In this document: in pieces, positions 13,235 to 26,855 of the stretch
Layout: each line of letters begins with the position of its first letter
Numbering within the stretch: the stretch's first letter is position 1
NCBI RefSeq assembly: GCF_052425735.1
Contig: NC_135763.1
Span: 11,966,001 to 12,030,000, forward strand
Length of the DNA: 64,000 nucleotides
From: Oculina patagonica
Lineage: Eukaryota
Direction: 5' to 3'
Translations under genes and position numbers: made by a program
The notes under the pieces: generated by a model
Seen by the model: the letters and a program-made list of their open reading frames with translations, nothing else
What the model was told of the DNA's origin: nothing
Database searches by the model: none

Positions 13235-16200
13235 CTATTTTTCCTCAAAAGTGATGGGGTAGGTGACTTGACGCTTGCGGTCCCAAGCGTACAGCACTCT
13301 TTCTCTGGGGTTGTAGTCCACCATGGAGTTGTAGGTGTACTGGTTTGTGAACTGTATGTTGGGGTTCCACTGTTTTCCTGTCTTGGTGTCGTAAGCAAAG
13401 TTGATGGTGGTGGTCCTGCTGCTATAGGTGTCGATACAGTAGATCACTCCACAGGCCACAAAAGCATTGCCCATCTGATTCATTGGTTCTGTACAAAAGA
13501 AAAAAGCGAAAGATATGTACAGTTAACTTTTGTTCAACTCAGTCCTACATTTTGTTCCCTACAGCTCCACTCACTTACTGACTGACTGACTGACTGACTG
13601 CCTGCCTGCCTGACTGACTGACTGACCGACCGACCGACCGACCGACCGACCGACCGACCGACCGACTGACTGCCTGACTGACTGCCTGACTGACTGACTG
13701 ACTGACTGACTGATTGATTGACTGACTGACTGACTGACTGACTGACTGACTGACTGACTGACTGACTGACCGACTTACTGTCTGACTTACTGACTGACTG
13801 ATTGACTGACTGACTGACTGACTTATCCTCATCGAGCCCATGAGGAATCTTGAGGCTTCACTCACTGGTACAGCATAATTTGATAGTTTGACGAGGTTTC
13901 ACATTTTGTTTAGATATTTAAGAACGTCTAATTCTCGGCCGAAGCTAAGCGTTCTTCTTTTTCGACGTCTTGAGTCTGTAAACGTTCTTTTAAAAATGTT
14001 TTTTTTTTTTAATTTTAAAAACAAAGTGGTTTTGCAGGTAATTCTGACAGTTTAAAACGATATGTGAATGTTGATTTATGGGTAATGACACTGTTGATTC
14101 CAGGTTAAATTTGAATAATTTGGTACACAAATTTATCATTTACAACCAGTAGATGAAATTATATTTCGTTCTTACCCAAACTTTCTGCCTTGGGTACGTT
14201 CTTAGGATGTTCAAAGATTTTTGTCTTTCTCGACCTCGAAGTTCTTATAAAAAGGTTCTTCTTTACAAAAAAATAGTGTATTCCAAAAAAGTGTTGTTTT
14301 GGCAGTGAACATATTGTGCTTACCTGTGTTCAGGGTATAAATGTGGGTCATGAGGTTTTTGACAACATCAATTTTGGCCGCGTACAGTCGCTTATTGTTC
14401 GTAAGACCACCATATAATACCCACAATCCTTGCTCGTCAACTGCCAGGTCCATTCCACTGTATCCACCCCACTGGTACCAGTTCTTCCTCGGTGAGTATC
14501 CACTCACGACTATTTGAGCCTCTACCTGCTCTGTTTGCAGATTGTACTTGACGATGTAGTTTGTATTACCTCTGCAATGACAAGAAAAAATGGCTTTAGG
14601 AGTTTTTCTTGGCAGAATTTACACTTTAACCTTTGACAGTTCTGTTTACATGAGACGAAGAAAGAAAATGTTGCCAAAACACCGAGGTCCTTACACGATT
14701 TCAAAGCATCTGGAAACGTGGCGTTGGCAAAGCACAAGGAATGACCTTATTCGGCGGAATGACCGAATGGCGATCGTATATTGTCCTAACAATCAAGTAA
14801 AGCCTAATTGTAAGCAAACCGGGATGAAGGTAACCTCAAGCAATAGACACCTTTTTTGGGGGGAGAGAGGCACAAAGCTCATTTGATCAACTGAGCTTTA
14901 CGTTCAAAAGCTGCTTAGTACTAAAAGTACTAAAGGCACGGCATTCGTGGAAAGCAGCTTTTTTATACTAAGCTTGTTATAAGAATTAAAGTATTTATGT
15001 AAGGTTCGTATGTAGTAAAAGCTGATGTTTTAACCGTGTGAGAATGAAGACTTTATCCTTTTTTTATCTATCTACCTATATTCTTTCCTAGAACTTTGCC
15101 AAGTGATGCTTGTCGGCTTTAGATTTCTTATAATGTTTAACGGCATTCGTGGAAAGCAGCTTTTTTATACTAAGCTTGTTATAAGAATTAAAGTATTTAT
15201 GTAAGGTTCGTATGTAGTAAAAGCTGATGTTTTAACCGTGTGAGAATGAAGACTTTATCCTTTTTTTATCTATCTACCTATATTCTTTCCTAGAACTTTG
15301 CCAAGTGATGCTTGTCGGCTTTAGATTTCTTATAATGTTTAACACGAATAAGAACTTACTTGAATGCTATGTAATTGAGTCTTTCAATTTTTCTGTTGCT
15401 AAATTTCATTTATTTTGTTTATTTGTTTCTGTTGCTAAATTTCATTTATTTGTTAAACCTGATTTAACTTAATAATGTCATACCTGTTGTAGTAGAGGTA
15501 TGGTCCATACACCACTGCTCCAGTTCCATCCCAGGTGTAAGGCAGTTTGTACGTCTTACGAGTCACGCCTGCTTTGAACTTGTTCATGTTTTCAAATTCT
15601 TCAACAACATTTTTTCCGGTATAATATTCCATAACGAAAATGGTCTCAGTACCCATAATTTCAAGCGGGTCTTTCATCCATGCTCCGTAGTGGTAATATC
15701 GAGCGTTGTGAGTGACAGGTTTACCAACAGACTTGATGTTAGTACAGCGGTCTGCAAGAAATAAACAGAAGACAAAATANNNNNNNNNNNNNNNNNNNNN
15801 NNNNNNNNNNNNNNNNNNNNNNNNNNNNNNNNNNNNNNNNNNNNNNNNNNNNNNNNNNNNNNNNNNNNNNNNNNNNNNNNNNNNNNNNNNNNNNNNNNNN
15901 NNNNNNNACATTTAACGACTTTATCACACAATTCTTAGTTATCGTTTTTCTTTGAATAGGGTGTCATTTTGGGGTTTCAGCCTTAAAAAGGTATCATTAT
16001 TTCGATTTTCAATCTATAAATGGGTCAAATTTTCAGGGCTACGCAACTGTATTCTAATTTTGAAAGTAATGAGGGAAATGTTTTTTAGGACGAGAGCACC
16101 ATACTCAATAACGCCGGTAATCTGAAAACACAGAGCGGAACGGCGCGAAGCCGCTACCACGCGCTCTACCGAGAACTCTGCAAAAACGATATTTCCTTTA

Positions 16201-18899
16201 GGCCAAGTGTGTCTATCGCTCTTCTCATTGCCAAATTAGCCTGATTAAAAAAATCAAAAAGGTAAATATGACTCTGTCAACAAACCTTTCAGGAGAGTGT
16301 CACCGCTATCCGTTGTCTTGTCGACCTGGTAGTCAAGAATGAACATCGCCATCAACAAATCAAGAAGAGAGAGAATAGTGCAAGTGGATTGGAAGTGAGA
16401 TTTGCGAAATACGGATAAAAGGGCTGTTAAGTTAAATTTAAAGTCATCTGTGTTTGATGAAAAATCATCACTGAGACCCTTATTTTTTTTTAAGAAAACT
16501 AGATGGTTAAATCCTCTTTGGATATTCCATATGACTACGTTTCTTATTTTCTACTTAAAGGCTTAACAGGAAAGATAACGTATATTCAAAAGATGGAATT
16601 ATTATTTCTTAAATGCTCCTTCAGTGAAAACCTTTTTGCGTAAGACTTACATTTTTCTCTGCCAACTTAAGTGAAAGTTCTTTCACGGATAGCTTTGACG
16701 ACTGCTGTGCAGACGTGGCTCGCTTGATCCGACGTTTGATCGAAGTATTGCCAAGCACATCTCCCTGGAAAGACAATACATATCCGAAGATTTATCAGCG
16801 TCAACAAACCGAAAACGAACGTTTTACTTACGACCGAAATGTATTAAGACGGAATCCGCCAGTACTTGGAGTATTAATTGGACCAATTACAGTACAACCC
16901 CGGTAACTCGAACTCTGAAGGGAAACGAAAAACCGTTCGAGTTAGCGGGGTTTCGAGTTATCGGGGTAGATTGAATATTTAATTTGCCAAGTTAATAATT
17001 GATAGTTTACTGATTTTTCAGCACTTCAGTGTACAGCACAGTGCAAATTAAACTTATCTTGTCAGAACCTCTAACACGATCATAAATTCTTAGGAGAAGA
17101 GTGAAAAAAGGCTGTCAAATACGTGATCTGTTTTGTTACTCTAATCAATGGGCAACCGTGGCTAGTTGCAAGAACCGGAATTCGGGGTAAATTTGACCCA
17201 AATTTTGATCAAGGGAAACGAAATTTAGTTCGAGTTCGAGTTAGCGGGGTTTTCGAGTTATCCGAGTTCGAGTTACCGGGGTTCTACTGTATGTACCAAA
17301 ATTATTTACATCTTATTGTGAACTTCTGTATTCACTGTTTCAAATATCTTATCAATTTAAAAGAAATCATTTCTAACGACACCAAACATGTAAAGAACAA
17401 ATAATAAATGCCGCGGGTGAACAGTGCTCTGATTCACACAGCGTATCACTCCATTCATTGAAACACCAAATATCGAAAAGAAATTTCAAAGTTCCACTAA
17501 ATTCTACTGAAACGCTTAAAAGACGATTTCACAAAATGGCTTCACATGAGATTTTACCTATAGCAGGTTTACATGGTTCTTGTGATCTTTGAAATTCGTT
17601 TTCTCAGGCTCTGATAAGAAATTGTTGTTGGTGATATCACGGATAACAACATCTTAAGCTTTTAAAAAGGATAGAAAATAACGCAACAGGATTTAAATTA
17701 TTCTGGTACTCGATTTTGTCCAACTAAAAATAATATTACTTGATTTCCAGATGGAATCCGTCTTAATTTTTTCAGTTCTTGAGGTGGTAGGACACCTTAA
17801 GGCAGTGCTAGGAAATATGGTTCAATTACCATTTGATCTTCTTGTTCCCTTGCGTGATCAACATCAAATTTAATTTCTCATTTAATACAATATTCATGCT
17901 TTATCAGACCGACACTGTGATGAGTATAATTAAAATCAATTCTCAATACAAATTTTTAGAATTTACATTAATGAAAAAATATTAAAGGAATTGTGACAAG
18001 GATTTAAGCCAAATTTTAGTAGAAATAAGAAAATGGTCACTAAATTAAGTGAAATGTAAAAATAACCACTTTTAAAAAACAGCGAAGAAACATTTCAATA
18101 ATACATACAGCAAATACAAAAGAAGGTACGGGATGGACAAACATTGAAAAGATTTAATAGATTGCACTTTTGGTTTTTTGACTGTTAGGCTGAACAATTG
18201 TCAAAATTAAACTCGTTGGTTTTTCACTTTTATTGCGGTTTTCAGTGAAATGCGAACTCTGAAATTCAAAATCAAACTTACGATTGCGTTTTTCGCTGCC
18301 GTCAATCATAATTATGGCGACAGCTATCGAACCATGAAAAACAGAAACAAAGAAAATAGATCGAAATCTACCAATCACAATAAAGAGACGTGACCTTTTG
18401 ACCCAGTTGAAGTGAACGTCTGTTTCCCGAGAGGTCCGCTAAGATGATTGACGGCAGCAAAAAGCGTAAACCGTTGGTTGAGGATTGAATTTCAGAGTTC
18501 GCATTTCACTGAAAACAGCAATAATTATAGCGGCAGGAGACAATTTCTTCGCAAAGATATAAATAGAGAGTATTTTCCGAGAGCAACTGAGTATTTGGCA
18601 AAACGCAATAAAATAGACTTAACTTAGCCGTGACACAGTTCCTTTAAAAGAGAGTTAATATTTCGACCTTATCAATAAAAAGTTAACTTACTGAAAACGG
18701 CTACAATCGTTGTCTGAAAGACGCTAAGTTCAGTTCTCTTTGAAGATAGTCTAGTCTTAAGACTGACCGAAAAGAAAAGCTTAAAAAACTTGGCCTGATA
18801 ACAGATACATCTATTTTCTAAGTACTGGAAATTGTGCTTGTTAACACTCACCAACAGAAGAACAAGCTGAAGGGAAAACAGTGAGAGATATCGAAACAT
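13235..18899 (-). CDS. Gene A: secreted olfactomedin-domain (noelin/OLFM-like) protein, about 323 aa
   Basis: Exons 18899-18852 (MFRYLSLFSLQLVLLL), 16764-16651 (GDVLGNTSIKRRIKRATS...LAEKN), 16325-16286 (shortened coiled-coil exon, see findings), 15751-15484, 14571-14324, 13488-13235. The frame is open through all joins. OLF motifs GAWMKD, WDGTGAVVY, MDLAVDEQGLW, GNAFVACG, MVDYNP, LYAWD. An N-gap lies in intron 4. Confidence 0.88.
13578..13866 (-). repeat. (ACTG)n/(ACCG)n compound microsatellite, the probable tail of a short retroposon 3' end
   Basis: About 245 nt of tetranucleotide repeats. On the minus strand it is preceded by ...TTCCTCATGGGCTCGATGAGGATAAG, resembling RTE-type LINE 3' ends. 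Confidence 0.8.
14939..15342. repeat. Exact 202-bp tandem duplication in gene A intron 5
   Basis: CGGCATTCGTGGAAAGCAGC starts at 14939 and 15141; copies look identical by eye. Confidence 0.85.
15780..15907. other. Assembly gap (further gaps at 32190-32344 and 43723-43852)
   Basis: Runs of N; all three fall in introns of the reconstructed genes. Confidence 1.
16890..17289. mobile_element. Tc1/mariner-pogo type MITE with TA TSD
   Basis: TA|CAGTACAACCCCGGTAACTCGAACTC...GAGTTCGAGTTACCGGGGTTCTACTG|TA. Empty site visible in the paralogous segment at 22121-22. Confidence 0.9.
18233..18521. mobile_element. Foldback MITE with TA TSD
   Basis: TIR TTGCGGTTTTCAGTGAAATGCGAACTCTGAAATTCAA / TTGAATTTCAGAGTTCGCATTTCACTGAAAACAGCAA. 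Absent from the B paralogous intron at about 28148. Confidence 0.85.
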
Positions 18900-19023
18900 C
18901 TTGCAGGAAAATGTCTCTTAAACCTATGTGGAAAAAACATAAGCCCAATTGAAATTTTGGTTACACTTTCAGACAAAGTCTAATGACTTTGATTCCGAGA
19001 ATGTGCTACTTTGACTTGCTTAC

Positions 19024-19139
19024 CGAAAAATGTTTTAGGGTAGTTCTTCTCTCGAAAGGCTCCGATAAGAAAATCACCTCCGTCACCAACAAGACCACTT
19101 TCTTGTGTGAAGACTTGCTCCAAGTCCTTCGTTTATATA
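19024..19139 (-). promoter_or_regulatory. Gene A TATA box, initiator and non-coding exon 1
   Basis: TATATAAA at 19139-19132; TCA initiator-like site 31 nt downstream (19108); GTAAGC donor at 19023. Mirror image of the B promoter. Confidence 0.7.
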
Positions 19140-21333
19140 GGCACGGGCGCCTCGCGTGAATGTCGCGCAGGTTGCATATTTTGCGTGTTAGTCGCGCGAG
19201 TTAACAAAGCACGTGCGCCATACGCAAGTATGGCAGCGAAACGAATAGACAAGCTTCAACTCGTTTGTTTTAATTTTTACATTAATCGTCTTTCTACGAT
19301 ACATGATTTTAAGGGCTAAGACGTTTCGATTCCCTCTAAGCAAGCAAAGTGACTTAAGTTTATATCCACGAATTATACACGCGCGACACGCGAGGGGTAG
19401 ATCTTTTGTGGAAAGCGCGAGTCAAAGTGGCTGGGAAATGAACGACTCGTGTCATCTGCTGCACGTGACTGATGTCAATTTGGCGGGAAAACGTGCTTCA
19501 CCTCATTTGCACTAAAAGGGGTTCTTTCGTGCGCTGGCCAAAGAAAACCATCAGAGTGTCAAGGGAGTTAGCCTGCTGTGCTAATCGTGGGCACTTAAAA
19601 GATCTTAAAATTAACAAATAAATAGCGCAAATTGAACATAAACTGTCGAGAAGTCGAAACTGGTGGGAAGGAGTCCAGATGCCCTATTTACATAGAATAA
19701 CTGAAGAGTTGGATTCGGGGCTACTCATTTACATGAATGCGATACAGATTTTTCTTTTTCGGGAAATAAATGGGTTCCCTTTTTCTCCATAAAACTCAAC
19801 AGCGCTAGAGAAAGCCATTCAAACACAATATATCAGCACGTGCTAAGAACAAGCCAACAATATAAGAATCAAACTAAGATCACCACCTGGCAATTTTTCT
19901 CCGTATTTACCAATCGTTGGGTCGCTGTCAAGCAATCACTAAGCCTCAATCACGCAAGGTTATTTGCTTTTTGGCGCGAAACTGGGCACTCAGTCCTGTC
20001 TATTAGTCGAGAACATAAATAGGAACAAATTAGAACTTAATCATGTCACTTGACTTAGAACTGCTGTGCTAACTCTGCGCACTTAAAATGAGCAAACAAT
20101 ATAGTTGCAAATTAGACATCAGTTTGTAATTAATCCTAACTGGTGGGAGAAATTATTTAAGCCAGGTGGCTACGCAGCGCGGCTCATGAATTGATTTGTC
20201 ATTACTCGTCACGTAAACAATTTGTCGACGTCGTGAACCGCACTTGCGCGATTCCCTTTTATTCCAAGTCAACTGTAAGGACTTTTTAGAGCAAGTTAAT
20301 TAAATTAAAGAAACAAGTTAAGATTTTAAACTTGCATTTCTACTCCGGTGACGTAGAAAAGATTTGTCAATCGTTAAATCACTGTGAAACACAGTCGGTT
20401 CAATCACGCAAACTCATTTGCTGTCTGGCGCGTGCCCGTCTGCGTGCTATTAAGTTGTTTGTTTTGTTGAGCAAACTCTACATGTTTGTTATTTACTGCA
20501 CTTCTCACGAAAGTTAAAATAACGAAATTTGCTGTAGCAGGAAAAGAATAATACTTAGCACTTCCTTCGATTTAAATGACACACTTCATGAGAATAATAC
20601 TCGGTGAATCTCGGAAAATTCTAGTTAACCTAGTACTATGATTTATCAACAAATTTGCGCGATTCGTGAGATTGCGTTTGTTTAATTACCTTCTGAATAG
20701 CAAGTGTAAAATATTTTAGCATAAAAGCGTTTTTGTATGGTTTAAAATTAAGCATTGATACCGTCAGGAACACCAAAACCAATTAGCTGCATTTGAAAAA
20801 TGAGATTCAAGAATTGCACAGCTTTGAATTTGTTTGTTTTAGGACTGTTATGTGCTTTCTTCGTTAAACAAGTTGATTCATGATTTATTTCAAATTCAAC
20901 TTTCGTTATTTTTCTTCAAGAAATTGAAAAAGCCGCTAGCCGGGAAAAGAAACTGAGGAAAAATAGATGAAACGTTCGCTGAGATAGAAGCCAAAAGCGG
21001 CATAATATTTTAGTATTGAGCAGAGGACATGTTCTATCTTTTGCATCTTAGTCATGTTTCAGATTTACTCCACGTAAAATCGACTTTGTTGAGGTACAAA
21101 GTGGAGAGCTGTAGTGCTTTCGTTCATAGTTAAAACTGATAAAATAAAAATCATAAACACGCTTCTGTCATCCGTCCAGCCGCCATCCTAAAAGCAGAGG
21201 TCTTGGAGACGAAGTTGATGCTTCATACTCCATCCTCTACTGAGGTCTAATAACTAGTGTTGTTCTAGAGCCGATCGAATTCAGCTCCTGAGCTGGTCTA
21301 TCTAAATAGCAATTTTGTCTGCCTCCCATAAAC

Positions 21334-21765
21334 TTAAGGTTATTCCCCAGTATTGCACTGCGCATCTATACTGCGCATAATTTCACACGTGAAAAGCGCG
21401 CGCTCATTAAAAGAGGCGGCGGCTTTTCTTTAGCGCTGGACCTCGCCAGAGAGGAAAATCGTCATTTTAATTTTTCGAAAACGAGTACGGTGACTCATAA
21501 TTTTTTCTGTTGTTTTGAATTGAGAACTAAGTTTGTTTCTGTAGAATAATATGGACAATTCTTGATTTGAAATAATCGTCGGGAACGTGAATTTAGCAAG
21601 CAATCGTGACTATAATCATGGTGATATTATAAGGATTTATTGGGTATAAACAAGGTGGTGCTGTTGCTCCTAAACGGGCATGGGTACCCCTACTTTTATA
21701 TCAAAATTTTCGTTCCTATAAGATAAACAATCAATGGGCAAAGTTTGACAAAAATCTCAGTGCAG
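21334..21765. mobile_element. Truncated TTAA-type non-autonomous DNA element
   Basis: Starts TTAA|GGTTATTCCCCAGT. A matching-type end (ACTGGGGAATAAC) occurs only far away at about 63935-47. The right boundary is approximate. Confidence 0.4.
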
Positions 21766-22520
21766 GAATTGACTTGTGTTTAATTTGCAATCTTGTCTAT
21801 TAAATTAAAGTGCTCACAATTACCACAGGAGTGCTAAATCTACTGACACGAATTAAAGTCGTTTGTTCTGTTTTGTTTTGCTTGTTGGTGAGCACACGAA
21901 AATAATCACGCAGGTGATATAACGATTTTGTCGACTGACACGTTGTTTGTTTTCTTTGCCCAGCGCGCAGAATAAGCCCTTTAAGTGCATTTGAGGTGAA
22001 GCACGTTTTCCCGCCATACTGACATCAGTCGTATGCAGGTGATTAAACTCGTGCGACTCCCTTCGGCTCACACTTCACACACGAGATGTGTTGGAGTATA
22101 TACATGTAATTGGACAAAATTATGTACCAAAAGTATTTACATCTTATTATTATTAAAAATATATTTTGCAAACTTCTGTGTTACTGTTTCAAATAGCTCA
22201 GTTATCAAAAGAAATCATTTCCAACAACACCAAACATCGAAAACAAATTTAAAAGTTTCACAGAATTTCACCTGAATCGCTTCGATTTCACAAAATAGCC
22301 ACACGTTAGATTTTACCTACAGTTTACATGGTTCTTGTAAACTTTGAAATACATTTTCTCAGGTTCTGATAAGAATTAGTGTTGGTGATATCACGGATAA
22401 TTACTTACATCTTAAACTTTTAAAAAGGGTAGAAAATAACGCAATAGGATTTAAATTATTCCGGCACTCGATTTTTGTCAAACTAATTAATATAATTGAT
22501 TTCCTGATGGAGTCCGTGTT

Positions 22521-22978
22521 AAATAGGCCTTATCACAGTTTTCGACGCCATCTTGACGGGTAGGCAACGCGGGTAGAAATTACAGTGTTTGTATGGGAAT
22601 CCAACGGCAAATATCTTTTACAAAAGTTGAATTCTGGACACCTTATAAAATTGTAAAGTTTTTATTTTCCAAGTTTAAAGGATGTAGCTGGGCTAGAAAG
22701 CGTTCAGTTACGTTTTTAATTTCTTATACATTTGTGTTTATTTCTTTTTTTTCGCAAATTGACGCGGCTCGCGGGAAAAATTATAGACAAATGTACGGAA
22801 AAATTAAAAACGAAACTGAACGCTTTCTAGCCCAGCGACAACCTTCAAACTTGGCGAATAAAAACTTTTGCCAAGCATCTTAACTTTACAATTTATAACT
22901 TGTCCAGAATTCAATTTTTGTTGAAGATATTTGCCGTCGGATTCCCATTCTCGTCGAAAACCATGGTAAGGCCTATTT
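22521..22978. mobile_element. Long palindromic MITE
   Basis: TIR AAATAGGCCTTA.CA..GTTTTCGACG / CGTCGAAAAC..TG.TAAGGCCTATTT, with nested inverted arms. Confidence 0.8.
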
Positions 22979-25900
22979 TAAGACTTGATCAAGCAAGCGG
23001 AAAGCAGCTTTTCATTTTATAGATATATTTTACCCTAATTTGTCGTATTTCATATTTTCTTAATTTTTTTTCAATTAGCTGAAGAACGCGTACACAGATC
23101 ACAAATCACTTTGTAAGGAACATCTTGTCAAGTCCGCACAACTCGCCATTCTGATTGGTTCATGAACAGCATCAGTATTTGCGCACGCATGATGCAAACT
23201 TTGTCTTGCACGCGTGTACCGTGCGTGAGCTTAGCTTGTAAGAAAAATAAATGGATTTTAAACCTTTTAGAAAAACGCTTTCTTGTTTTGAACGTTAGTA
23301 AAGTGAAATAGATACTGTTACAGTTTGAAGTTCATTTCATGCTTGTAGTACAATCTGTTATAAAATAACCCTTTCCGTGAGTAAAAAGATGGGTGGAAAA
23401 CTTTGCAAATCTGACGAGTAAAGCTAGCGTATCACAGCCGACTTTTTGTCTACCCCAACCCTGAAGTAAGCTTCCACACTTTTTTAGAGCTCTATGTCAA
23501 GATTGTGTTACTTCTCTTTCCTTGTATAAGAAAGTAGTTTATGTCCTATTTATAACAGCCAAGTGAGCTTTTCATCCACTAAAATTGCCATGCATGTGTA
23601 GTCGCGTTGTGTGTCATATTTCCGGACACATTTGTCGGCGCGAGCAAAAATCCGACTTAACTAGATGTTTTCTCAGAGGGTTGAGAAGATCTGGGTACCA
23701 GATAAAGTTTCCTACTTTTTTTTTCTTTTTCGCCTTCGTGTATATGTTTAACATCTGGGTATTTATTATTTTTGATATTATTGTTTTGTCGGAAATTGCA
23801 GCTATATTCTATCTCGCTTCTTCCTTTTCCTCTATTGCGGTTTTAGGTGAAAGGTTTTATTAGGTAGCATGAATAGTTTCTGAAGCACTCCACTGACGAA
23901 TAAAATTGACAACTAATGTATTTGCTAGAGGAAGTTCACACCAGGTTTTACTATTTGATGGAACTCGGAGAATAGGCTACGTATTCTTTTGAACATAAAT
24001 ATCTACAGTGCGTTCTAGTTTTGAAATCCTTTCGCAGAATATAATTTTGCGATCATCGTCCGGAACACGAACTTTGGGAGTCTCAACCTGAAAATATCGA
24101 TCTCACGATTATGAGAAAATCTTGGAGCTTCCAGGCGCTATTTAGCTGTGTACTTTTGGGCGCCCATTTCCCCAAAACAACACAAAAACTACACAGGCGT
24201 CTGCTACGCAGGCTAGATGCTCTTTTTCTGTATTATTTCTAATGCGCTTCAGTTATGTCTAATTCGAAATGGCTGAGCCACTAATTTAGTCATTTGTTCC
24301 ACCGCATAACAGTATCTCATATCTTTTTTTCTGAGCTAAATTTTTTTATTCTCGGGTAGCGTTCGAGACTTGTGCGATGTTGACTTTGTCAGGCTTGAAA
24401 TAAGTTCATGACCGCAAAAAATTCTAAGCCCATTTAACTGGTCTAGCGGATTGCGCCTTCGACGGAAGTTAACCAGGTATATTTACCAAAGGTTATTGAG
24501 CTACTATTTTTGCTATTTTTCTCGAGGGAATCAGAAGTTGCCGAGTGGTGTACGCTAGTGACGCTACGCGACGGCGGGCACAACTTGAACATGTCAGAGG
24601 CGCGGGCTTGAAATCTCCACTTTACAGGGGGTAATTTGTTTTGGGCCGAGGAACCTCTTCCCGGATAGAGATTTGAGTCTTCCGCTAAAGCGGTTACTCT
24701 CGAACCGGCTTGTGTGCAGAACTCAGTCAGTGCGCCATTACTCGTAGATTTCTTAAGTAAGAAAATTGTATTACATAACAGAATTAAACAATAGAAAGCT
24801 TTTCTTGTTTATCCGAAATATCGGAAAATCTTTTCACCAACGGAATTGTGAACAGGGTTTAAGAACAATTTATTTAGTTCGCACTGTACGGATATAGCCA
24901 TGATTGACATAAGTTAATTCATCGGTCGCAGGCACATGCAAAGAAAACGTTTGTTCATTGCATGTGGCTATTTCTCTGAAGTCAATAAATGTGTCTTTCT
25001 TTTTACTAGTAATACTTTTCTTCACTTTCTGTGATTGCTTCATCCACTTTCTTCTGCTCAGTTTCTTTCCTAACTAGCTTTTTAAAATACTTAAAAGCGG
25101 CTTCTCAAATCTCTCGAGAAAAAACGGAGGAAAGAGAGTTTATTATAAAATTAATTAGCAAATCAAATTTGTTTAACGAGGGTAGCACATAACAGTTTAA
25201 CGCTCGACAAACCAAATTTGATTTCAAAGCTGGGTAAATCTTGAATGTCATTTTTAAAAGCATTTGTTTCGTTTTGGCTTTCCTGACATTGATGTTATAT
25301 TAAAAAGCATACAAAAATGCATTTATATGTTTAAACGTGCCATTTCGAAAGTAAACATACCGTACAACGAATCACGCATTGTATCGAATCACGCATTGTA
25401 TTGTATCGAAGAATCAAAGTGCAAGAATTCTCCGAGATTCACCGAACATTATTTCCTTTTCATGCCAAAACAAATGTTATTCTTTACAAAGTTTATTCTT
25501 GTGTGTAAACCTTTCCTAAGAAATGCAGTAGACAGTATAATGTTTGCCCATGAAATTATGTTAAACAGTTGAGCACGCAGACGACGGCCGCGGGCCCGCG
25601 CCAGTCAGCAAATAACTTACGGTGATTGAACCAGCCGTGATCGACAGCGAGCTTGTGTTTGAAACGTCACCGAAGCAAAAAGCTAACCTTAATTCGTTTA
25701 TATATTATTGGTTTGGCTTGAAATAGAATGGCTTCTTTGTTGAAAGACTATCAAAGGAAATATAAATGTGATTTGCGACAAATTTGTTACCTGGTGAGTA
25801 TTCCCGAAATCAACTCCTCAGCGTCGCTGTGTAGCCAGCTGCTTTGTCTTCCATTCTTGGCATGTTTACGTCCAATTCGCAACTTTATTGTTTGTTCATT

Positions 25901-26855
25901 CAAAGTGCACACAGTTATCACAGCAGTGCTAAGTCAACTGACATGATTGAGTCCTAATTTTTGTTTGTTCCTATTTATGTTCTCGACTAATAGACAGGAC
26001 TGAGTGCCATTAAGAGCTGAGCACGCGCCAGAAAGCAAATAACCTCGCGTGATTGAGTCTTGAGTGGCTTGACTATCAGTAAATATTTTCTACGTCACCG
26101 GAGCAAAATAGCTAGGTAATGATTTTAGTTTGATTCCTATATTGTTGGCTTGTTCTTAGCCAGTGCTGATACGATATGTTTTAATGACTTTCTGTTTCGC
26201 TGTTGAGTTTTTAAGGAGAAAAAGGGAACCCATATTCCTTAAAAAGGTTATGCTATCCAAGAAAAATCTGTATCGTATACATAAAAACTAGTAGTCCTGA
26301 ATTCAATCAACGCTTCAGTTGCTCTATGTAAATAGCGCATCAGGACTTCTTCGCACCAGTCTTTTTGTCAGTTTATGTTCAATTTGCGCCGTTTGTTTGT
26401 TCATTTTGAGATCTTTTAAGTGCCCATGATTAGCACAGCAGGCGAACTCCCCTGACACTCTGTTTGTTTCCTTTGTTCAGCATACGAAAAAAGCCCTTTT
26501 AGTGCAACTGAGGTGAAGCACGTTTTCCCGCCAAACTGACATCAGTGACATGCAGGTGATACGAGTGTCGTATTTCCCAGCCGCCATTTTTGACACGCGC
26601 CTCTCGCACAAGATGCAGTAGCCTCGCGTGTCGAGCTCGCTTTAACCTGAAAAAATCAGCTACTGTGCTCGCTCAGGAGAATTATAAAAATGTTAATCAT
26701 AAAAATAATAGTTCTTAGAAAGACGATCCGAATGAACAAAATAAAACAAACGAGTTGAAGCTTGTCTATTCGTTTCGTTGCCAAACTTGCGTATGGCGCA
26801 CGTGCTTTGTTAACTCGCGCGACTAACACGCAAAATATGCAACCTGAGCGACATT

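Noticed and set aside
13220-13585. Antisense ORFs overlapping the last exons (also 32777-33085, 38759-39019, 59700-60053) and alternative-frame ORFs 'MLTTPRQENSG...'
   Set aside because: Shadows of the conserved OLF coding sequence; their recurrence only reflects paralogy.
13575-13865. SQSV-repeat ORF (also LLAC-repeat ORFs at 43386-43956, poly-His at 42673 and poly-Asn at 36365)
   Set aside because: Translations of intronic or intergenic microsatellites.
14939-15342. Functional meaning of the exact 202-bp duplication
   Set aside because: Identical copies about 440 nt from a gap may be an assembly artefact; needs reads.
24535-24625. tRNA-like A/B-box sequence (TGCCGAGTGG...GGCTTGAAATC)
   Set aside because: The B box is degenerate and no convincing cloverleaf forms; at most a decayed SINE head.
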